Of a stretch of 64,000 nucleotides of DNA, positions 20,818-30,397 are shown piece by piece. The notes under the pieces are model-generated. The model was not told where the DNA came from. It searched no databases and saw nothing but the letters and a program-made list of their open reading frames with translations. Numbering within the stretch: position 1 is the stretch's first letter; each line of letters starts with the position of its first letter. Source of the stretch: Patescibacteria group bacterium (GTDB lineage: Bacteria; Patescibacteriota; Microgenomatia; UBA1400; MFAQ01); NCBI GenBank assembly GCA_943355005.1, contig CALRDV010000001.1, forward strand, positions 178,059 to 242,058. The letters run 5' to 3'. The translations under genes were made by a program, and so were the position numbers.

Positions 20818-21621
20818 TTATATACTTGAATCTACAGATGTGGAAGTTAATCTTTTATATCTTTTTATCGACAAGTCTAGATATTCTTTTTCTAGGTCAA
20901 AACCTAAAAATTTGCGATTGTAGATGGTTGCTGCTATGCCGGTGGTAGAGCTACCTGTAAATGGGTCTAGCACACGATCACCTTCATTTGTGCATGCCAT
21001 AATAATTCTTTTTAATAGATCAAGAGATTTTTGTGTAGGGTGTTTTCCGAAGGTTTTTTCATCTCTCTTTGGTGTCCCGATAGCCCAGACCGACCTCATT
21101 TGTAATCCTTGCTTTTTAATAGAGTCAGAGGGCCATTCACCATTTTTTAGAATGTCATAATTAAAGGTGTGAACTCCTTTTTGTTCTTTTCGTGCCCATA
21201 TTAGGGTCTCATGACTGGCAGTAAAAAATCTACAACTTAAATTTGGTGAGGCGTTTGGCTTATACCAGACAATTTCATTTAAGATACGATAGTTGTTTAG
21301 CTGTAGTGCGTAGCCACATTGATAAATGGAGTGGTATGTACCACTAATCCATATTGTTCCTCCTGGTTTTAGCACTCTCTTGCATTCCTTAATCCAGGAT
21401 TTATGAAACTTTAGGTTTTCCTCTAACCCATAACCCATATCCCATTCTCCTTTTTTTACACTAACCATTTTTCCATTCTGACAAGTAAATGTACCATTGG
21501 ACAAAAAATATGGTGGATCTGCGAATATCATATCGACAGAATTCTCCTTTACTTTTTTTAAGAGATCTAAACAATTCCCCTGATATAGCCTAAAATTTTT
21601 ATCCTCAAAATATGGAGACAT
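20818..21621 (-). CDS. DpnA/M.MboIC-like (beta-class) N6-adenine DNA methyltransferase
   Basis: 'VDMIFADPPYFLSNG', 'PNLSCRFFTASHETLIWARK', 'GKHPTQKS' and 'VLDPFTGSSTTGI' closely follow the layout of DpnA (M2.DpnII). Confidence 0.9.
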   Translation of the reverse strand: MSPYFEDKNFRLYQGNCLDLLKKVKENSVDMIFADPPYFLSNGTFTCQNGKMVSVKKGEWDMGYGLEENLKFHKSWIKECKRVLKPGGTIWISGTYHSIYQCGYALQLNNYRILNEIVWYKPNASPNLSCRFFTASHETLIWARKEQKGVHTFNYDILKNGEWPSDSIKKQGLQMRSVWAIGTPKRDEKTFGKHPTQKSLDLLKRIIMACTNEGDRVLDPFTGSSTTGIAATIYNRKFLGFDLEKEYLDLSIKRYKRLTSTSVDSSI

Positions 21622-21764
21622 AAATAAATACTAACCCAAACAAAACCAGAAGACAACGCATCATAAGGTATCATAATTTTTACAAAACAATAAATTTCAC
21701 AAAAAACTAAAAAATACTCCCATATTAACAATATACAGATATATTCTGGTAATATTGCCTTATC

Positions 21765-23816
21765 ATGTTAAAAGAACTTACTCTTAAAAAGACTTACGAC
21801 TCTGAAACTGACGATCTGCTAGGTCAGTTTTATATTCCAGCTCTTCAAAACAGTAAGTTTTATAATAGAATAACTGGATATTTTTCGGCTCAGGCGTTAG
21901 TATCCGCGGCCAAAGGTCTGTCTAATTTTTTCGTCAACAATGGACACTATAAACTAATTACTGGAATTATTACCTCTGAAAAAGATTTTGACGCTATAAA
22001 GAGTGGATTGGCAAAGGCTGAAGATGTCGTTCCGGAAAACCTTTTTTTAGACGAAGATGTCTTATACGATGAAATACAGCATGATTATCTTAAAATACTG
22101 GCATATTTAATTAGGGAGAACCGACTAGATATAAAGATTGCTGTATTACCAGAGTCACAAAGAGGAATATTTCATGAAAAAATAGGGATATTCGAGGACG
22201 AGGAGGGTGATAAAGTTTCTTTCAGTGGATCAATTAACGAAACTGGCAAGGGTTGGGGAAATAATAAAGAGGAGTTTAAAGTTTTTAGAAGTTGGGATGA
22301 GGGGCAAAATGAATATTTGAATACTGATTGTGACAAATTCGATAAATATTGGAACAATAGAGTATTTAGTTTTAACGTTATAGATATTCCGACCGCAATC
22401 AAACGTAATTTGATCAATATTGGATCAGATGAGAACATTGAGAGTGTATTAAAAAGAATTAGCTCTCGAGAAACTAAAGAGTCAGAACAAATAAAACTAC
22501 ACCCATTTCAAAATGAGGCTATAAAGTGCTGGATTGAAAACGGGAGCAGGGGTATTTTGGAAATGGCAACTGGAACCGGAAAAACATATACAGCTCTAGG
22601 AGCAGCAAAAATAATAATTAATAAATTCGAGAAAATTTGTCTAATAATCTCAGTTCCATATACTCATTTAGCCACACAATGGTCAAAGGATGTAAGTAGG
22701 TTCTTCCCAAAAATGATAGTAATTGCAGCACATAGTCAGTCTATTGGATGGGAAAAAAAGGTAAGTGAATTTCTGTCCGACTTCAGAGATGGAAATAGTG
22801 GTAGTTTCGCTATTATCGTTACTTACGACACACTTGCCTCGGAAAAGTTTATTCATCTTTTCTCAAAAAAAATGAATAAAAACAACGCTTATATGTTGAT
22901 CTCAGATGAGGTTCACAATATGGGGTCTTCTAGGAGAAAAAGTGGCATGATTGACGGAATCAATTTTAGGTTAGGACTGAGTGCAACACCAATGAGATGG
23001 CGTGATGAAGAGGGTACAGAAGAAATTAAAAAATATTTTGATAAATCTGTTTTTAAATACGATTTGAAACAAGCCATTGAAGATGGATTTTTGTCTCACT
23101 ATACATATCATCCAATTTTTGTAAAGATGTCAGAGGATGAGATGGAAAAATACGAAGAGTTTACTTTAAAGATAAGTAAAAGTTTTAGGGGGGGAGACAT
23201 TAATATAAATAATAGTTATATGAGTTTGTTGTTAATTCAGCGTAGTAAGGTATTAAAAAATATTAAGTCCAAAATAAATAGATTTGAAGAATTAATTACA
23301 ACCATGCGGTCTAATAATAAGACCGATCATCTGCTTGTTTACTGTGACGCAAGCGACCAGTTAAAAATTACCCAAGAGATTATAAATAAATATGGAATAA
23401 TTAATCATCAGTTTACTCAAGAAGAATCGAATGAAGAAAGAGAAAAAATTCTAAAAAATTTTGATACTGGCGTGTATGACTGCTTGGTAGCCATAAAGTG
23501 TTTGGATGAGGGTGTGAATGTACCTTCAACAAAAAGAGCAATAATATTAGCTAGTACAACAAATCCTCGTGAATATATACAAAGGCGAGGCAGAGTACTT
23601 AGAAAAATAGATGGACAAGAGAAAATTGCAGAAATATATGACTTTACTGTTCTTCCACCAGACGATAAAGGAAAAGAGGTAATCTCAGAAACTGAAAGAA
23701 AGATTTTTAAGAACGAACTCACCAGAATTGAAGAGTTTTTAGACACAGCCGACAATAAAGCTGAGGTGTTGATTGAAATTAATCAATATATGTTAAAATA
23801 CGAAGTATACCTATAA
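21765..23816 (+). CDS. PLD-family nuclease domain fused to SF2 (DExH) helicase
   Basis: N-terminal HKD motif 'FHEKIGIFEDEEGDKVSFSGSINET'. Helicase motif I 'ATGTGKTYTA', motif II 'ISDEVHNMG' and motif VI 'QRRGRVLR'. Confidence 0.8.
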   Translation: MLKELTLKKTYDSETDDLLGQFYIPALQNSKFYNRITGYFSAQALVSAAKGLSNFFVNNGHYKLITGIITSEKDFDAIKSGLAKAEDVVPENLFLDEDVLYDEIQHDYLKILAYLIRENRLDIKIAVLPESQRGIFHEKIGIFEDEEGDKVSFSGSINETGKGWGNNKEEFKVFRSWDEGQNEYLNTDCDKFDKYWNNRVFSFNVIDIPTAIKRNLINIGSDENIESVLKRISSRETKESEQIKLHPFQNEAIKCWIENGSRGILEMATGTGKTYTALGAAKIIINKFEKICLIISVPYTHLATQWSKDVSRFFPKMIVIAAHSQSIGWEKKVSEFLSDFRDGNSGSFAIIVTYDTLASEKFIHLFSKKMNKNNAYMLISDEVHNMGSSRRKSGMIDGINFRLGLSATPMRWRDEEGTEEIKKYFDKSVFKYDLKQAIEDGFLSHYTYHPIFVKMSEDEMEKYEEFTLKISKSFRGGDININNSYMSLLLIQRSKVLKNIKSKINRFEELITTMRSNNKTDHLLVYCDASDQLKITQEIINKYGIINHQFTQEESNEEREKILKNFDTGVYDCLVAIKCLDEGVNVPSTKRAIILASTTNPREYIQRRGRVLRKIDGQEKIAEIYDFTVLPPDDKGKEVISETERKIFKNELTRIEEFLDTADNKAEVLIEINQYMLKYEVYL

Positions 23817-23838
23817 TAGTCAATTAAGGTAATACACT

Positions 23839-24027
23839 ATGCCTACCATAAATGAAAATGTACTGAGTGAAATAAATTGTCTTCCCAATACTACAGATGA
23901 AATGAAAAGTTTTTTGAAATGGATTCTAGGCTATGAAAGGGACCATGCGGAACAGAGAGCTTTCTATAAGGTTGATATTGAAAAAAAACTTGATCAAACA
24001 TTAATTATTAATAAAGCCAACAATTAA
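23839..24027 (+). CDS. small protein (62 aa), translationally coupled to downstream ATPase
   Basis: Its stop codon TAA overlaps the ATG of the next gene (TAATG). Confidence 0.35.
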   Translation: MPTINENVLSEINCLPNTTDEMKSFLKWILGYERDHAEQRAFYKVDIEKKLDQTLIINKANN

Positions 24028-25949
24028 TGTTAAGTATAAGACGTATTCAAATTAAGAACTTTAGACAGTATCAGAATGTTGAACTATTTTTTGATGACTC
24101 TAGAGATATGCACTTATTTATTGGTAAAAATGGCATGGGTAAGTCAAATTTTCTAAATGCAATTTATTGGTGTCTTTATGCACACCAGCCTTTTAAATTT
24201 CACGAGGAAGATAAACAACTATTAAATGAAGAGACTTCAAAAAAAGAACCAAATGGTGAAATAAAAGTTGAATTAGAAATAGAAATGGACGATGGTAGAA
24301 CAACACTATTCAGAAGACAACTTAGTGAAGCTTGGGACAATTCAAAATTTACTGTAATGGAAAAGACACCCAGAGGATGGGAGCCTGTTGATGACCCCAC
24401 CTCAATTCGCAACGCCTTTCTTCCAGAGAGTATAAGTAAATTCTTTTTGTTTGATGGAGAAGCTGTTCAAAAACTATATAAAGGTGATTACGCAAAAAAT
24501 CTAAAGGAGGGTATTCTTCGCGTTTCTGATATAACTGTACTTGATTCTAGCCTTGAACATGTCGCAAATACTTATGAAGATATTAGAAAAAGGGTCAGTA
24601 AGGATAATCCGGACACAAATAATCAAGAAAAAATATTAGAAGTATTACAGGTCCAAAAAACAAAACTTGAATCACAATATCAGTTAAATGAGTCAAATAT
24701 AAAAAATCTCAAAGCTGGCATTCAACAACTTGAAACAAAACTAGATGGGTATAGAGAATATGAACACTTTCAAAAAGAAAAAAGGCAACTTGAATCAGAC
24801 ATAACTGATTCTGAAATCCAAATTACAGCATATCGTGAACAGGTAAATAATATAATAACTGAGTACGCACCATTTTGGTTTATCAAAGAAGCGCTGGTTG
24901 AGATTGCTATACAAATCAACCAAGCAGAAAAAAGGGGTGAAATTCCTCCTGATATTAATCCCGACTATGTTAACCAGCTGATTAAAAACAAACAGTGCAT
25001 TTGCGGCACACATATTAATGATGGTGATTCTGCATATAAATATCTGAATGACCTTATCACAAAAATATCTCCACTTAGTGATCGTACATATCTAATAAAG
25101 GACAATGTTAAAGTCGGCTCCTTAATCGTAAAAGTTTCCCGCGAAATTCCGAATATTCTCAAAGAAATACGCAACAAGAGAGCACAGATTAGACAAAGGA
25201 GTATCACTCTTAAAAAGCAACTTGACGAGATCAAAGAAAAGCTTATACACGCACCGGAACGAGAGGTGGGCAGTATTCAAATAACATTAAATAATAATAA
25301 AAATGAAATAGAATCTAGGCTTAAGGATAAGGGCCAGTTAGAACTCGAGATAAAACAGACAACTTCACAAATTCAAGAAATCCTTGAAAAACTCGAAAAG
25401 ATGAACAGGGGAAAAGAAAGATTTCAAATGGAAAACAATAAAGCTAATTTTCTGGAGGAAGCTAGGGATAAACTTGAATTGATAAGAGAAAAGATAATTC
25501 GTCAAGTTAGGGAAAGTGTGTCGGCGCACACAGACAGATATTTTAAGGAACTAATATGGAAGAAGGAGGATTTTGATAGAATCAGCTTCACAGAGGACTA
25601 TAGTGTTGAAGTTCTAAAAAGGAATTCATCATCGAATAGTTTTAAGGACCTGTCTACAGGAGAGATGAAAGTTCTAAGCTTGGCGACAATAAAAGCACTT
25701 GATATATTAAGCGGATATTCAAATGTGCCTTTATTTGTTGACGGTCCTCTTGAAAACCTGGACGAAGAGGTACAGGAAAACTTCTTAAAGTTTCTTCCAA
25801 AATTTATGGAAAATAAACATGTGTTTATCTTTTCACTCGACAAACCAGTTATGTTATCTTTTGGAAATAAGGTAGTAGCGCCAGAGAATTTTTACAAATT
25901 AACACGAATTAACAGCTCCCATTCTACAAGTATTCAAAAATATGATTGA
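24027..25949 (+). CDS. SMC/Rad50/DndD-like split-head ABC ATPase with central coiled coil
   Basis: N-terminal Walker A 'FIGKNGMGKSNFLNAI'. Long E/K/Q-rich coiled coil with a central 'CICGTH' Cys pair. C-terminal signature 'LSTGEMKVLSLA' and Walker B/D-loop 'LFVDGPLENLDEE'. Confidence 0.8.
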   Translation: MLSIRRIQIKNFRQYQNVELFFDDSRDMHLFIGKNGMGKSNFLNAIYWCLYAHQPFKFHEEDKQLLNEETSKKEPNGEIKVELEIEMDDGRTTLFRRQLSEAWDNSKFTVMEKTPRGWEPVDDPTSIRNAFLPESISKFFLFDGEAVQKLYKGDYAKNLKEGILRVSDITVLDSSLEHVANTYEDIRKRVSKDNPDTNNQEKILEVLQVQKTKLESQYQLNESNIKNLKAGIQQLETKLDGYREYEHFQKEKRQLESDITDSEIQITAYREQVNNIITEYAPFWFIKEALVEIAIQINQAEKRGEIPPDINPDYVNQLIKNKQCICGTHINDGDSAYKYLNDLITKISPLSDRTYLIKDNVKVGSLIVKVSREIPNILKEIRNKRAQIRQRSITLKKQLDEIKEKLIHAPEREVGSIQITLNNNKNEIESRLKDKGQLELEIKQTTSQIQEILEKLEKMNRGKERFQMENNKANFLEEARDKLELIREKIIRQVRESVSAHTDRYFKELIWKKEDFDRISFTEDYSVEVLKRNSSSNSFKDLSTGEMKVLSLATIKALDILSGYSNVPLFVDGPLENLDEEVQENFLKFLPKFMENKHVFIFSLDKPVMLSFGNKVVAPENFYKLTRINSSHSTSIQKYD

Positions 25950-26352
25950 CATAGACGAAGGATATCCCCAGACGATTAAAATGGACCGGAGTGTAAAGGC
26001 CACATATCTTGAACCATTAATAAATACTACTTCTTCTCAGTTTTATAAAAAAGAACAAGGTGAAGTTTATTTCATAGCTGCTGCAATTGGATACAAAAAC
26101 AATGTGAGTCAGGAAACGAGCGACACCACAGACATCAGACTTTATAGTAGTCTCAGAGACGAATCCAAGCTTCTTATCAGGCTTATCGCGCTAGCTCACA
26201 GTAAATACGATTATGAACTCCTAAGGGATGGAAAAAAAGTATGTAAAATTATCGAAGAATATGCTAACGGTGGAATGAAATTATTACATGACAAGATATT
26301 TAAAGGTTCGGATTTTTCTCTTGAAGATGAAGTTTTTGTGACAGAGGAATAA
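25942..26352 (+). CDS. small protein (136 aa) overlapping the end of the ATPase gene by 8 nt
   Basis: Operonic overlap. No motif recognised. Confidence 0.5.
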   Translation: MIDIDEGYPQTIKMDRSVKATYLEPLINTTSSQFYKKEQGEVYFIAAAIGYKNNVSQETSDTTDIRLYSSLRDESKLLIRLIALAHSKYDYELLRDGKKVCKIIEEYANGGMKLLHDKIFKGSDFSLEDEVFVTEE

Positions 26353-26585
26353 TGACTCTTTGATAACAAAATTCATCATAACTGTTAGATTTTCTATAAA
26401 AAAGATTGGGCTGCAGACGTTTCTCAACAACAACGCTGCATATAGATCCACTATCATAGTAGAATGTAGACTTTTCCTGGGGAGTATTACGAATACCAGA
26501 GGTGCGGACGAGCGTGATATGTGTTTGGCGGTATAATAAGGCACCTTGTTAGTCGAACGAAGATTAAATTAAAAGAAACTACACA

Positions 26586-27374
26586 GTGGCGCAGTTTATG
26601 GAAAAGAATAAGTGTTCGGAGTGTAATTCCCCAACAAATGATAGGGGCGATATTCATTGCCGTAAAATATTTAAAGTAAAGGTAGAAGTACATATATCAA
26701 ATGGTGATTTATTACTAGCTAGGGACTTGTGCAGGACAACAAATTTTATTAATCCAGATGCAAATATTTGGAAAGATGCAGAGAAAAAAATAATCGAGAA
26801 ATTAATTAGGGTTGAAGCAATCGAGGAGATTAAAAATATTGAAGTTAAAATTCAACATGAGGAGGCACTTGGTGATTATGAAAAAGAGCTACTAGTTATG
26901 AGTCATAAATATGAATTGTTAGGGGATTACCACAGAAACCGCTTCCAAATAAATAAAGATCCGTGGGAATTAAGTAAATCATGTAAAAATTATAGACTTG
27001 CCGGTATGCCGGAACTCGGCATTAAAGTTGCAGATCAATTAAGCAATGAGAGCTCCGACATCATAGCGAGTAGCGCGGTCCTTGTTAGTAAGGGCGCTGC
27101 ATTTAAAGATCTTCGGGAACTTGAAGAAGCCAAGAGGTGTGCATATAAAGCTATTGAATATAATCGCACCTTTTACCCCTTTACACTATTGGGTGCGATA
27201 GAGATATTGGAGGAAAACTTCGAAATGGCCGATCGATCATTTCAAGAGGCTACTAGGCTTGGTGCACCCATGAAGGCTGTAGCAAGAGAAATAAAGAACG
27301 CTTCAGAAAATCTTAGTGAAGAAGCTAAAGAAAAAATGGAAAAAATATTTTACGGAAGACAAGTCGTGAAATAG
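26586..27374 (+). CDS. hypothetical protein with N-terminal Cys4 zinc-ribbon-like motif and helical C-terminal half
   Basis: 'CSECNSPTNDRGDIHC' at the N-terminus. The C-terminal half is helical and repeat-like (TPR-like). Confidence 0.5.
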   Translation: MAQFMEKNKCSECNSPTNDRGDIHCRKIFKVKVEVHISNGDLLLARDLCRTTNFINPDANIWKDAEKKIIEKLIRVEAIEEIKNIEVKIQHEEALGDYEKELLVMSHKYELLGDYHRNRFQINKDPWELSKSCKNYRLAGMPELGIKVADQLSNESSDIIASSAVLVSKGAAFKDLRELEEAKRCAYKAIEYNRTFYPFTLLGAIEILEENFEMADRSFQEATRLGAPMKAVAREIKNASENLSEEAKEKMEKIFYGRQVVK

Positions 27375-27460
27375 ATAATAATCTATTGTAACCACGACGG
27401 AAACGTATAATTAATCTCTAAATAGTCGGAATCTTTACAGTCTATTTTGGCGTAAATTAT

Positions 27461-27775
27461 CTATGAAATCCACTGATCGTCCGTCACGCATTTAGATACT
27501 TTGTCATCCTTATCAAACGAAACTGTCCATTCACCACCGTCTCCTGCAGTCATATCAACTTGGCATCCGAATTCAATTTTGCATTTAGCTCCGGATAAGT
27601 TTGCTATTTTCAGAGAGTATCCATAACCGTTGTGTTTTTTCAAAAGACTATCCAATGAATCACCCTTTTTAAGCGATTCAAGCATGAATTCTGCCGCCAG
27701 GAGTCCACTATTTTTTTTAATATATCGTAAAAAACTTAAAAATCTTTCGTAGCTTAAGTCACCTAGATGATTCAT
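27461..27775 (-). CDS. hypothetical protein (104 aa)
   Basis: Intact ORF. No motif recognised. Confidence 0.4.
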   Translation of the reverse strand: MNHLGDLSYERFLSFLRYIKKNSGLLAAEFMLESLKKGDSLDSLLKKHNGYGYSLKIANLSGAKCKIEFGCQVDMTAGDGGEWTVSFDKDDKVSKCVTDDQWIS

Positions 27776-28163
27776 ACGTCATTATAATACGTCAACCTTT
27801 GAGAGGAGTAGAATTAGCCAATGAAATCACTTTTTCAGATACTCAAAAAATGGTTGTTGAAATCCCGTACTTCAGAAAAGGAGATACTGCTTCATAGTGA
27901 TGGCGCAACCAAATATAAAATCCGAGCGTGCATCCCCGCAGTAGAAGAAGACTTGGAAGTAATCTGTTGCCCAGGAATGAGGATAAATAAAGACTCCAGA
28001 GATACACCGGCAGCTGATGCCTGCCGGCAGCCAAAAGTTTTATAGAGATTAGCCATTTACTACTCCACCCTATCCCCAAGTTCACCCATATTTACCAGTT
28101 AGCATGCTCAGTCGTGCCTGGGACTTCCCAAGATAACTAATATCTAACATATCCAACAAGTAC

Positions 28164-28192
28164 TTGACAGATATCTATCAATGCACTAGAAT
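28164..28192 (+). promoter_or_regulatory. sigma70-type promoter upstream of 28230..29099
   Basis: TTGACA (28164-28169), a 17-nt spacer, then TAGAAT (28187-28192), about 38 nt upstream of the ATG. Confidence 0.6.
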
Positions 28193-28229
28193 ATCCAAAG
28201 TTAGATAATAAATATAGAAAAACAACAAA

Positions 28230-29099
28230 ATGATGGAAACAACCAAGGATTCCCGAGATCGCATAGCCACCAGAGTATTTGAAGTGCTTAAGCGCCGAGG
28301 TGATGCTCTCACGAATAGGGAGATTTATGAGCGAATTGCCGATGAATTGAACCTTACGGAGGCAGACATGATGGATAAGTACGACTCCGGTCTATTTAAA
28401 TACCGAAACATGATCCAATTTGGCCTTCTTGGCCTAAAGAAAATGGGACTCGTTACTAATGAAGAGAGAGGACTCTGGTCCTTGACCAATCAGGGTAGGG
28501 ACAAGGATAGGCTTAGTATCGATGAATATACCGATTTCCAACGAAAGTTTTGGAATGAAGAGGTGTCCAAAAAGAGAAGGGGATTGTCCCAGGATGGTCT
28601 ATCTGGAGACAGAGCTTTTAATATTGACTCCTCCCACGGAAGAAGTCCTAAAGAAAGAATACTTCTCGAAATACTTGAACAGAACAAACGCATCTTGGAC
28701 TATTTACTCCCGAGATCTCGATTTAATGCTTCTCCGAAGCATCGTTCCTTTGATGAGAGACTTGTCACGGATGAACCTTATTATTTGAGAGGTAACGGAT
28801 ACAACGCTCAAGGAGTAATGCAAAAAAATGGGGAATTCTTAATTATAAAGAACTCTCTAGCAAAAATCGAAGAATCCGAGAATCTTGCGGGAACTTTGGC
28901 GCACAAGGAAAGACAAAGACTGGTTATGGAAAGAAAATTATTAAAATTTCCCACTAATATGTATAGTTTTGAGGATGAAATTATTTTCAAAAATCCAACC
29001 ATAGCTGGAGGTGTGATTGTGGGTAGAAGGATAAATGGCTGGACTGCTTGGAGAAGTTCGATTAGCGGTAAGACACTCGACGAAATTGTTAGAAGATAA
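28230..29099 (+). CDS. Mrr_N-like winged-helix N-terminal domain protein with DUF4357-like C-terminus
   Basis: The N-terminus 'RIATRVFEVLKRRGDALTNREIYERIADEL...FKYRNMIQFGLLGLKKMGLV' resembles the Mrr N-terminal wHTH. The C-terminal 'GRRINGWTAWR' block resembles DUF4357. Confidence 0.55.
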   Translation: MMETTKDSRDRIATRVFEVLKRRGDALTNREIYERIADELNLTEADMMDKYDSGLFKYRNMIQFGLLGLKKMGLVTNEERGLWSLTNQGRDKDRLSIDEYTDFQRKFWNEEVSKKRRGLSQDGLSGDRAFNIDSSHGRSPKERILLEILEQNKRILDYLLPRSRFNASPKHRSFDERLVTDEPYYLRGNGYNAQGVMQKNGEFLIIKNSLAKIEESENLAGTLAHKERQRLVMERKLLKFPTNMYSFEDEIIFKNPTIAGGVIVGRRINGWTAWRSSISGKTLDEIVRR

Positions 29100-29107
29100 A
29101 TAAAATA

Positions 29108-29563
29108 ATGAGAACAATCAAAATAATTAATGAGCCGTTTTTCAGACTTGACTCTTACCAAGAGGAGTCGTATGTTTGGGCAAAAATGGTCACAAAAAGA
29201 ATTGATTCGAGCTTTTTTAACGAGAAGGACCCATTAATTATTTCAGCCTCGTTTGCCTACATTCACGGTAGTTTTACACATTTTACAGTCAATAATTTCA
29301 TGGACGGTTTTAGATATTACGTTCAGGATGATCTCGGGGAAATTATTCGCGACGCATGGAACAGAATGCTTAATTGTGTTGGTGAAATCTATTCGGCTAT
29401 GAAGGTGGAGTATGAGGACGATTATCAAATATTTTTATCATTAAGAGAATCAATTCTTTTTGAAGATTACTACTACTACGGAGATCATAGAAAAATCGAA
29501 CCATTTAATTTTGACGGCGCAGTTCGTGGGTTAAGCTTTGTCAATAATCAATTTAGCTATTAA
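29108..29563 (+). CDS. hypothetical protein (151 aa)
   Basis: Intact ORF 9 nt downstream of the previous gene. Confidence 0.45.
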   Translation: MRTIKIINEPFFRLDSYQEESYVWAKMVTKRIDSSFFNEKDPLIISASFAYIHGSFTHFTVNNFMDGFRYYVQDDLGEIIRDAWNRMLNCVGEIYSAMKVEYEDDYQIFLSLRESILFEDYYYYGDHRKIEPFNFDGAVRGLSFVNNQFSY

Positions 29564-29583
29564 CAAGAAGGATATTCAATAAC

Positions 29584-30258
29584 ATGTACAACTACAAATA
29601 CCAAGATGGCATAATTATTGCCGACATAGACGGAAAACAGTGTCTGATAGATACCGGTGCACCAAATAGTATGGGTGTGGGAGAAATAAGAGTCGATGGA
29701 ATAGCTCACAGACTGGGAGGAGACACCTTTATGGGAGCAAGTCTGGAGAGTATCTCTGAACAGGTGGGTACCCCTCTTGATGCTCTGATCGGAGGTGATA
29801 TCCTATCTGCCCATGAAGGTTTGTATGTGTGGCTGAGAAAAAACGAAATATCTTTTACTAACAATGTGGGTGGTGAAGGAATACCGCTAGAACTATTTAT
29901 GACTATACCAATAATTCCAATTACTATCCAAGGTCAAGAAGTGCAAGCATTTGTTGATACGGGCGCAAAGCAGTCATATCTGGATACCTCAATTGCCAGA
30001 GACCTTCCTTCGGAAGAAACGGGGACTGATTATTATCCCGGGGTAGGAACATTCGATGTACCGCTCGTATCTGCCGAATATAAAGATCCAACAGGTACTG
30101 GTACAGCTGTCTTAAAGTTTGGAATTCTCCCTGACGCATTGGCACCATTGATTGCCATGGCCGGCTGTAAAGCTATACTGGGTATGGATTGGCTTATAAA
30201 TAACGGAAAGAATCACTTTCAAGTAAACTATTCCGATCGAAAGTTTACAAACTATTAA
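29584..30258 (+). CDS. tandem-duplicated retropepsin-like (clan AA) aspartic protease
   Basis: Two active-site motifs, 'CLIDTGAPNS' and 'AFVDTGAKQS', plus 'ILGMDWL' (retropepsin flap-like) in one 224-aa chain. Confidence 0.65.
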   Translation: MYNYKYQDGIIIADIDGKQCLIDTGAPNSMGVGEIRVDGIAHRLGGDTFMGASLESISEQVGTPLDALIGGDILSAHEGLYVWLRKNEISFTNNVGGEGIPLELFMTIPIIPITIQGQEVQAFVDTGAKQSYLDTSIARDLPSEETGTDYYPGVGTFDVPLVSAEYKDPTGTGTAVLKFGILPDALAPLIAMAGCKAILGMDWLINNGKNHFQVNYSDRKFTNY

Positions 30259-30397
30259 TAAAGAAATAAAAGATATCGCAACACCAGGTTTTAGTCAGAA
30301 TAGTCATTGGGCCTTCTCTAATCATAATCTCACCCAAGAACAACCTACCCAAATCGATGGATTTTTAGTCGTATATTATCAAGCAGATTGATAACAC

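Noticed and set aside
24027-26352. DndD-DndE phosphorothioation pair
   Set aside because: Size and order fit DndD and DndE, but no dndA or dndC (PAPS-reductase-like 'SGGKDS') gene is present in the vicinity. The neighbour is a PLD-helicase instead, so a dnd modification system is not supported.
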